From Phallusia mammillata (Eukaryota), in NCBI GenBank assembly GCA_965637545.1, contig OZ281494.1:15314001-15378000 (forward strand): a stretch of 64,000 bases of DNA, written 5' to 3'. A program made the position numbers and the translations under genes. Positions 27,549-36,267 of this stretch are shown piece by piece. The notes below the pieces were generated by a model. It searched no databases. It was given only the letters and a program-made list of their open reading frames with translations, and was not told where the DNA came from. The stretch's first letter is position 1. Each line of letters opens with the position of its first letter.

Positions 27549-27695
27549 CAGTGGTGGGATTCAATTTTTTGTCAGCCGGTTCTGTTGCAAAAATCCATTG
27601 ACAGTAAATAGTAATGCTAACCGGTTCGCTGATCCCATGAAATTTCTTGAGACGGTTCTGTAGAACCGGTGTGAACCGGCTGAATCCCACCACTG
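27549..27695. mobile_element. 147-bp hAT-type MITE, copy 2
   Basis: Same TIRs and collinear interior as 24956-25102. 8-bp TSD CATACATA at 27541-27548 and 27696-27703. Confidence 0.92.
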
Positions 27696-29206
27696 CATAC
27701 ATATGTTTTCCTGTGCACCCGTTGCCCTGAATTGCGGTTTCGCTACCCTGGTCAACAGTAGTGACTTTCCATTACGCTAAATATTTCCAAGTGTTATATA
27801 CGCCGCTTTATACCATTCGTGGCAGCAATTAGATGCTCCCACGCTTATGCTTTCGCTCCAATGCTTTACCACAGGTTTCATGGGCGTTTTCTTGAAACAT
27901 ATTGATTTTCCATCAGCTCTTTTGTCCAAGCTCCTTTTCCATGACATGTGGTTTGTAGATAAGTTACTTTAATGTTTGGTCGTTTCGAGAATAATCTAAA
28001 TAACTTGGGTAATATCGCCCACTGGCGGCCTTTTTACTGTCGATTTTTTTCTGAAAGATGGCGCTAGATCGATCCAATTACTCAATCGGGCTGTTGTGTT
28101 CGTTAGTCACATTCATAGCTTGATTTGTTTTGTTGCTTTGTAAAAAAAATCTAAGTGGTGCGAATTAAGGAGCTTGTTGGAAGGCACTTAAAGGCAATCC
28201 TGTCTGATATCTCGTAAAATTGCATCAAAACGAAAGTTAAATCTCATACGGTACCTTTGGTTTGCTGGTTTTTACGCAATTTAAACAGGATCGTTTGGCT
28301 TGGTTTTGAAAATATCCTTAATGTCTAAGCTTATTACTCAAATTAGTTACCTACTTGATATCAAGTAATGCAGCGTCAATGCGCCTCCCGTGTTGTTCTC
28401 CGTATTATTTGTGCTTTAACTCAAACATGCTTTTTCTACGACCCGAAAATGTCACGTGACCCGATTCGGCCAATGACGTTACGCCGTCACCTCCATCGTA
28501 CTGAAAGTCAAATTCAACCCTGTGCTTGCTGATTGTTCCGAATTTACCGGGGGCGTTTCGGGACACTTAACGCCGGATAATGTCACTGTGACGTGCATAT
28601 TCGTGTTGCTGACCCCAATAAAATTACATAATATTAAATACACACCCGTGTCTTTGTGTGTGTTTTTTAATATTGCATGTGCTTGAAGGTTACATATGCT
28701 TGGAAGTGTTAGTTGGCTAATAATACCAAACGGATCATTTCCAAACAAAGCCGTAAAAAACAATTTATTGGCCAGAAGAAGAAAAGGCTGCGTTCACACA
28801 GAGGTTTCGTACCTGGTGTTCATGTCCCGCGCGTTCACACTGAGCAAAAAACGTCGTTCACACTAGACGGTTTTCACGACTAGGCATCGCGTTTTTTGCT
28901 GGTGTGGACGACAGGTTTTGACGTCTGAAGAGAGGTTTCGCGATGAGACAAAAGTGTGGTTTCAAACCTAAAATGGTTGAAAAAACTTACTACTATTTTA
29001 TTTGATTTTCGGCAATGGCAGATTAGAGTTTAAATGAACTGTGCAGTTCATGCTTGAAAAAGTTCGTAGACTTTATTTAAATGCATTTCATTTTCATAAA
29101 AAGGAATAAACATGGATTTAAGTGGAGGGTTTTACAGGTGTAAATTTATTTTGGATTCTTATTAAACAAAAACGAAGACGTGTGCAGCTCAATCAAGACT
29201 TCCTTT

Positions 29207-29365
29207 TTAACTCATTGAGTTACACACATGTAGACCCAATGCAATTTTTTGGAACACCTCCTTATGGCCCTTTGCCGTTGAAACCATGAGCTGAACCTCC
29301 TCCGCACTCCAAACAATTAATTTTGTGACTTCTTCTTCAGACCATAGTATTCCTCGTTCACTCAT
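29207..29365 (-). pseudogene. Truncated Myb/SANT-like (trihelix) DNA-binding protein of a Harbinger element
   Basis: MSERGILWSEEEVTKLIVWSAEEVQLMVSTAKGHKEVFQKIALGL fits the W(S/T).EE...LI..W....VQ.......VF..IA..L pattern. It stops prematurely. Confidence 0.7.
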
Positions 29366-29451
29366 TTTAGGCATGCAAACGTACACTTCAGTAACGAAAT
29401 AGACAGCACTTATTACAAAGCAACGTACAAACCGCAGCATTCTGTCTCACG

Positions 29452-29538
29452 CCTTGCTTCGTTCAGTCACGGTTTTCGAACCTTGCTTCGTTCAGTCACG
29501 GTTTTCGAACCTTGCGTCGTTCAGACACGGGTTTCACG
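29452..29538. repeat. Three tandem 29-bp subterminal repeats inside the Harbinger element
   Basis: ccttgcttcgttcagtcacggttttcgaa twice, plus a diverged third copy. Confidence 0.9.
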
Positions 29539-30345
29539 ACCACGTTTAGGTGCGAAACCACCTCTTTTCGTACCAGGTTTCGTGAGGTGACGTTTCGTTC
29601 ATACTACCAAAAAGTTTCATTCCTAGTAGCGAAAACCTACCGCGGTGCCCGAGTGTGAACGCAGCCTAAATTGCGACTGTAAATGGTTTAGTTGTCTGCC
29701 ATACAACTGATGGCTTTATATTTTACGTGTATTGATTTTATTTGACTTTTCACGATTTAACACAACAGCTTCAATCACAAAATCAATTGTAGTGAAGTGC
29801 AGAACTACTAGCTTTCCGAGTGCTTCCATGCCGTAAATAGCTACAGCTGAAGCCAAGGAACCGAATCGAGCGGAAGGAAATTGTAATTCTCAAATGGCTT
29901 TGCAGTTTTGAACCGACATTTCATTTGAAAAGAATTCGTTTTGGTTTGGTGGCACTCAGGACATATATAGCAAGTAACGCAGTAGTGTACATTTTATGTG
30001 AAGAAACAAACCCTTTCCTTGGATCAAGTGGTGACAACTATTTGCTAAGTTTAAGAACTAAGGCTCTAAGCATAGATTAGGCCCACCATACATTCTTTTT
30101 TTAGAACATGTCCTGCTTTTTAACAAAAAACAAGTTTTTCTTCGCAGATAATAAAAAGTGTCCAAATGTCATTTATGAATAATCTAAATATAGATGTGAC
30201 AATTATGTCTTTAAAAAACCAAAAATCATATTCGGATATCTTTAAAATTAATCTAGATGGAACACTATACATACGGATCTGTTTGTAAGTTTAATGATGA
30301 AAATAACGGCCCAAACAGACGTAAAAACGACATGCTTTAATTTTC

Positions 30346-30378
30346 AAACGTTTCGGCAAATGCTCGTGCTATCATCAA
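30346..30378 (-). other. Degenerate Penelope-type hammerhead-like motif
   Basis: Minus strand reads TTGATGA-tagcacgagcatttgcc-GAAA-CGTTT. The first core C is mutated and stem II is weak. Confidence 0.3.
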
Positions 30379-30733
30379 TAACATGAAGGCCACATCAGTT
30401 ACATAAAAAGAATAAAAGGTGCAAAACAAGCGTCGCGTAAAAAGATAGACTCGCTTCTGCGCACCTTTCTTATCTATCGTTTTTACCCTTTCCGAACTAT
30501 ATACTGTACCAATAGACTCCGAATTGGTCTAATATATGCTGTTAGTTTCTTTGGATCCCCAAAAAGTAGCTTTTCATTACCCTAAACATTACTATTAGCC
30601 GGCATATACTAAATTGGGATAAGTTGTTCCTTTGTAATGGGATTTTGTTACACTATTTTTTGAATAAAGGTTACTTCCGTGTGGTTTGCATTTTGTCGCT
30701 TTAAAAGAAATTTGTCCTGCAAGTTATGTCATT

Positions 30734-30775
30734 ATCCTGATGAAGGCGTCTTGTATAGGACGTCGAAACGTCGAT
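30734..30775 (+). ncRNA. Minimal type I hammerhead ribozyme-like motif (Penelope-like-element type)
   Basis: Core CTGATGA at 30737-30743, one extra A, stem II GGCGTCTT-GTAT-AGGACGTC (8 bp including G-U pairs), GAAA at 30765-30768, palindromic ACGT stem III, GTC cleavage triplet ending at 30772, and a short stem I ATC/GAT. Confidence 0.55.
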
Positions 30776-32845
30776 TGTTTACAATAAAACTGCTGGATGA
30801 GCAATACTTGGTTACTTCCGTTTGTTACAAATCAGGAGAGCCAGGGACGCCATAGCGGCAATGTGACGTTAAAGGTTGTGGCTGAGGCAGGCAAGTTCTA
30901 AGAAGTCCATCGCAGAATGTCCTTATATATTCCTTCATATAACACGGTGCAGTTTAGGGATTTTTCCTGTTCCATAACAATAGGGTTTGCATTGAAACAC
31001 AGCAGAGTGACGTAGCAGCAGCAGGGTTTCGACGTGCCTTTACCGAATCCGGAAGTGCTTGCTGGTGCCAAATTGTAACACCACAGATGAAAGCAGAAAA
31101 ACGCAAAACGTGTAGCAGCGCCAATTATTTCAAACTGGTTTTCTTACACGGTTGTTTGTTTTCGGCTGATTTGAATATTTTTGTTGTATGTAGAAAGAGC
31201 TAGCTGATTAAAGAATGGAAAGTAGGTTGTTTAGCTATGATGCTTAATTTATTTTAATGTCAGGAGTATTTTTCACTCGCGATTTGCCGGCAACCGGCCA
31301 TATGTGTGTATTGTAAACACGACAAAACGTGGCAGGAGCTTTTACAATGCAAATCGCCTAATTAACCGCATGAAGCAATAAAAGCTTTTTCAAATCCTTC
31401 GTAAAAACACAGGATTCTTAAACTGGGCATTGTGTACTAAAAAGTAAAAAAACGAATATCCTCGCTCTGCAAACAAGATCAGTCATCAGTTATAGGTCAA
31501 GTGAACATGTGCTTCGCCTATTCCGCTTCATTCGTTCCGATAAATACAAGATAGCCTACGTTAAGCAACTTGTAGTGAGCTAAAATCACGGCCGAATAGG
31601 TACAGGCCAAAAAACGCTATTAACCTGGAACAAACAAACAAAGCAGGCGTGTTTCTTAAAAGTCGACCTATGGAATATTGTTGTCGGCAATTTGAGCTTT
31701 GCTCTTTATACAGTGTCTGTATTCGAGAAACCCACAACAGAAGTTTTTTTTTAGTTTTAGTGTTTGTTTGCGTATGCTTCTTAAAATACATGCTGGCAAG
31801 GAGGAGAACCCCTACATATTAGGAGTTAGCCGATTAAACCGCAGAATATTTTACCATGTAAATTAAATTCTATCTGCAACAACGTTTTTTCAACAACTGT
31901 AACACTTGGTGAACAAAAACAAGGTCGTCGTTTTTCACGGCAGTCCAACTATGTTTGAAAACAATTTCACGAGAAAATAACAACAGATATAGGTGAGGTA
32001 TGCAAGAAATACAGAAAGAAACTTTGGAACTTCGCTACAACCATCGCTCATTAATCACGCTAATGGTTCGATTTTATGAGTGAACGTTACAAAACAAAAA
32101 AATCTTCGGTTTTGTTTACAGTTCAGCAAACAATGATCACAGCATATTGTGAAACTTTAATTTGGTTCTAGCAATACCGAGAAACGTTTTGTCGAAACTT
32201 TATTGTGCACTAGCCGGTGTTTGCACTAGTCAACATACAAAAGAAATTCAAACAGTCAGTATTTCCTCTCTGATCATAAATCAAATCTTAGAATATACAT
32301 TTCAACATTGAGTAGTTCAAGTCTACTTTAACTGTTGCGGACAAGCCTTATATAGTTAACGATTGTATCATGGAGATACAACACGCGTAGCGCAATCCTT
32401 TAAAATTCAATTTCAATGTATTTATAAGGGGCCTGTAGTTTGGGTTACTGCAGGATATTGAGAATCTATTTATAGTTGTACCAAATATTGCAGGAATGTG
32501 CCTTTTGCAAATTTGCTCAGTAATAAACTACGCGAACGGACAATCCAAGCAAAAATGTAACGACAGACTTCTGCTCACCAACAACAGGAATGTATGGCTG
32601 GCAGTGGTGTTGTTTTTTACACTCTCCTAAACAAGCAGGCACTCGAAGTTTGAACAGCTTGCAGCAGTGATTAAACCAGTTGTTGAAAAAATTGATACTT
32701 GTCTCAGACTTAGAAAAAGCTTCCAGTTGAATGAAGCTCGTTGCACATTACCAGGAGAGCTGTGTTTGAGACCAATCAGTTATTTTTGGTTTTATAGGAA
32801 CTGTGGACAATAAAGGATTTGTGATCAATAAATTGAATTCAAATC

Positions 32846-35800
32846 ATGTCTGAAGCGTCGAAGTTTCGTCTCTCAAACCCGTACCTTACAGATGAGGATC
32901 ATCTTTACCACATTGCTCTTACTACATCTGACAACCTTGCACAAAGATTTGGCGATGTCAAGGTGATTTAATTAACGTTTTAGAAGCGTAGCAATTGATG
33001 ATGTGTTTAACTTTCGGCATTATTTTAGTCAAATTAAGTAGGTATTGGGTTGTTTGGATATCATTCAGGACTGTACAAACCAGTCTTTTTTAACTTAGGC
33101 AGAGCCCTTGTTTTACAAGTGGTTTATAAACCAATATGGTAACAACTTTAAAACATGCATCTTCTAGTAACAATAAAGCTCAATTTTGCTAAAACGGGGT
33201 ATATAGGAGTGTAACGAAAAAATGTTTTTTGATACTTATTTCTTTATTTTGGCGCTACCTTTAAGTGTACAGTCATTTGTGCAGGTGATTGATTTCTAGT
33301 CATTTTAATTTTGAGATTGGTTAGCGGTGGGCGCAAATTGTTATGGAATAAAATAATATGGAGAAATGCATCTACACGAGTAAATATTTAAATTTGTGGG
33401 AATGACTTGGCAACTAACTATGCATGACACCGCACCATTCCATACTTACAGCCAAAAGTACGCCATATAATTAACTTTACTACTACTTTTTGGGTACTTT
33501 AAGAATGAAATAAAAAGTGTTACATAAAAAAACACTGAAAATGGCATTTTTTACAGTTCGTGTGCATGGGAGGAAAAGGAAAACGAATGCGCAACTTTGC
33601 TGAGCTTTTGTATGACCAACTCGGAAAACCAGAAAACTCAGAATTGGAAACAGAATTACAGTCGAACGGTAAGAATGCCGCCTGGCAGGTTTAAAAAGGT
33701 TGAATAAAAATTAATCTCATTATGCCAAATCGCTTGTTATATAGTATTTAAACTGCCATACAGTCTCCAATATTGCAATAGGCTTTATGTGTTTTTAATG
33801 CTGTATCTGTGGTATTTTTAGTGCTGGTTGTGACAGAAGTATATGTTCGAACCGAAAACGATTTTGAAAAACCCTTTGAGGTCCAAAGCCTGCAGACAGT
33901 TCCAGCATGACGATTACTAACTTATATTTCAATGTTTTAATAAACAGGATTCCGTCTAAAAGATATTTCAGCGTCTGGTGGGCGATATTCTTTGTTCAAA
34001 GTGGGTCCGGTTATTTCTGCCAGTCACGGAATAGGAATGGCTTCACTATCCGTGGTTTTACATGAGGTATGCTGGGCAATTAACCACCTTTTGTTTTGCG
34101 TAAATGTTTCTTGCGCGCTTTCGACTGTTAAAATAAAAAAGGTGAAATCATAAGGTTTTTCGTTTTCACAAGCATTCTTTTTATAAACTGGGTTATAATT
34201 TGGGAGGGGGGGGGCTGATGATTGTAGACAACTAACACTAAGAAATACCTTCGCGCAGATCCTCAAACTAACCCATTACGCCGGATGCAGTGACGTCATA
34301 TTTTTAAGGCTTGGAACTTCTGGTGGTTTAGGTAGGTAGCGTTATTCCACTGCTATAAATGCATTTTAACAAAAGTTAAATTATCTTTTTATTATTATTA
34401 CGATTTTTGTAGGCCTGGACCCTGGGACGGTTGTTATAACAGAAAAATCCTACAACGGCTTGCTGGAAAATTGCTATAATCAAGTACGTAGAGTTTGTTC
34501 AAAGTTTAGTTGGCTCTATCACAACCATCGTGATTAACATCTTTCTCTGCCTGTTTCTTTTTATTACTTCTCTTTTTTCCTCTTTTCCCGATTTTACATA
34601 CCCTTTTTTTCCTGGTTAACCCTTCGCCCTCTGCAAAACAGCAATTTTAACAGCTGTTTGTAAGATAAAGGGTGCGGTGATGCTGACATTTGGATTTTCG
34701 CAGATTGCTTGTGGCAAACTGATCCGGTACGACGCTAATACAGACCCAAAAATTGCAGATCGATTGCTCAATTGCGCACAAAAGGCCAACGTTAAAGCTA
34801 TGAAGGGAAATACCATCGGATCAAACGACTTTTTCGAAGGTGCGACTTAAAAAATACATTTATCGGAAATCTAGCAAGTCTCCTGGTTTATTGTGGTGTA
34901 GCATTTTTTTCAAGCATGTTTATTTGTCTTTTTGATAATTTAAGATGAACATAAATTCATTACTGGGATCAGCCCTGGAGCGTCGATGCAGACCAGCGAT
35001 CACGGCACACTCATATGTAAATCACAGTACGCCAGGCCCATTAAAGGCGTCATACCGAATCAGCCGGTTACCAAGCATTCACCACCATATGGCAAGGCGT
35101 AGGCTAGAAAAATCTAGCCTGCGGTGGGATTCGAACCCACGACAGGAGTCTTTCCGGGACTCGCGCTCTACCAACTGAGCTACGCAGGCTCAGTGGAGAA
35201 TCCGCCGAAAGTCGAATCACAAGCACCGCTGCCTGCCTCGTATGCTGCACATGTCAGCTTCGTAGTAGGGGATCGCCAGATTGACCAGTATCAGTTAAGA
35301 TGAACATAAATTCATAACTGGGATCAGCCCTGAAGCGTCGATGCAGACCAGCGATCACGGCACACTCATATATAAATCACAGTACGCCAGGCCCATTAAA
35401 GGCGTCATACCGAATCAGCCGGTCACCAAGCATTCACCCCCATATGGCAAGGCGTAGGCTAGAAAAATCTAGCCTGCGGTGGGATTCGAACCCACGACAG
35501 GAGTCTTTCCGGGACTCGCGCTCTACCAACTGAGCTACGCAGGCTCGGTATGACGCCTTTAATGGGCCTGGCGTACTGTGATCTTTTTGATAATGCGAGT
35601 GAACAGCTCATATTTTACGTATTCATCTCAGCTTTCATCACGTACCGCATTTAATGATAACTGTCAAACATTCTAGTTTTTGGTCGTAATTCAGTTAATG
35701 TAGCGAATGATTTTCCTGTGAGACAAGTAATTGAGGTTTTATTTGTAAATTAATTAATAGAACAAGCTCGCTTGGATGGAGCTCTGTGTAGCTATACAGC

Positions 35801-36267
35801 TCAAGAAAAAGATGAGTTTTTAAAACGAGCTCACGACGTGTATGGAGTTAAGAACATGGAAATGGAAAGTCCCTGTTTTTCAGCCCTCTGTCATCGAGCC
35901 AACGTCAAGTGTAAGTGAAACATACAAAGCGAGGGAGTTATGACCGCAATTCACGGTTTTAATAATCCTAACCAGAAACAAACAATCCAGTATATTAGTG
36001 TGAAACATAACTTTCGACATCAACTTGTGTCTTTCTCAAATTCAAACATATGAAGTGAGTAATATTAAAGGACAAACATACATTGGAGATATTTGACAAT
36101 GTCAACGACCACTTATGACCCCCTCACGTGTTACAGGTGGAATCGTTTGTGTGGCTTTAGTCAACAGACTTGAGCATGATGACGTTACGACTGACGTCGA
36201 GCAACTAGTGCAATGGGAATTGGAACCACAGCGTCTTCTGGTCGAATTTATAAAAGAAAGTTGCTGA
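32846..36267 (+). CDS. UPP: Uridine phosphorylase paralog A, about 302 aa
   Basis: Exons 32846-32962, 33557-33668, 33948-34066, 34259-34331, 34413-34483, 34704-34839, 35761-35910 and 36137-36267 (909 nt). Motifs LYHI, FGDVKFVCMGG..R, GGRY, SHGIG, RLGTSGG, NDFFEEQARLDG, EMES and NRL. Confidence 0.95.
35117..35189 (-). ncRNA. tRNA-like cloverleaf, copy 1 (non-canonical anticodon loop CCGGAAA)
   Basis: GCCTGCG TA GCTC AGTTGGTA GAGC GC GAGTC CCGGAAA GACTC CTGTC GTGGG TTCGAAT CCCAC CGCAGGC. All four stems pair perfectly, A and B boxes are intact, and TAGATTTTT follows. Confidence 0.75.
35472..35544 (-). ncRNA. tRNA-like cloverleaf, copy 2 (identical to copy 1)
   Basis: The 73-nt sequence is identical to 35117-35189, and the same T5 run follows. 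Confidence 0.75.

Larger units (their letters stand above)
28785..29667 (-). mobile_element. Non-autonomous PIF/Harbinger element carrying a Myb/SANT-like remnant
   Basis: 15-bp TIR AGGCTGCGTTCACAC / GTGTGAACGCAGCCT with AAA on both flanks (possible 3-bp TSD), subterminal repeats and an internal trihelix/Myb-like ORF fragment. Confidence 0.8.
34940..35581 (-). mobile_element. Dimeric tRNA-containing SINE-like insertion in UPP-A intron 6
   Basis: Perfect 13-bp TSD TCTTTTTGATAAT at 34927-34939 and 35582-35594. Two 251-bp units (34940-35190 and 35295-35545, offset 355, five differences seen), a 104-bp spacer, and a terminal 37-bp inverted copy of internal sequence. Confidence 0.85.

Noticed and set aside
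28451-28479. GTCACGTGAC palindrome, CCAAT and TGACGT clustered like a promoter
   Set aside because: No adjacent gene start was identified. Short motifs alone are insufficient.
35117-35189. Calling the cloverleaf a functional tRNA-Ser(GGA)
   Set aside because: It has C instead of U33, an extra base before the anticodon stem and no long variable arm, and it lies inside a TSD-flanked repeat. Reported as tRNA-like only.
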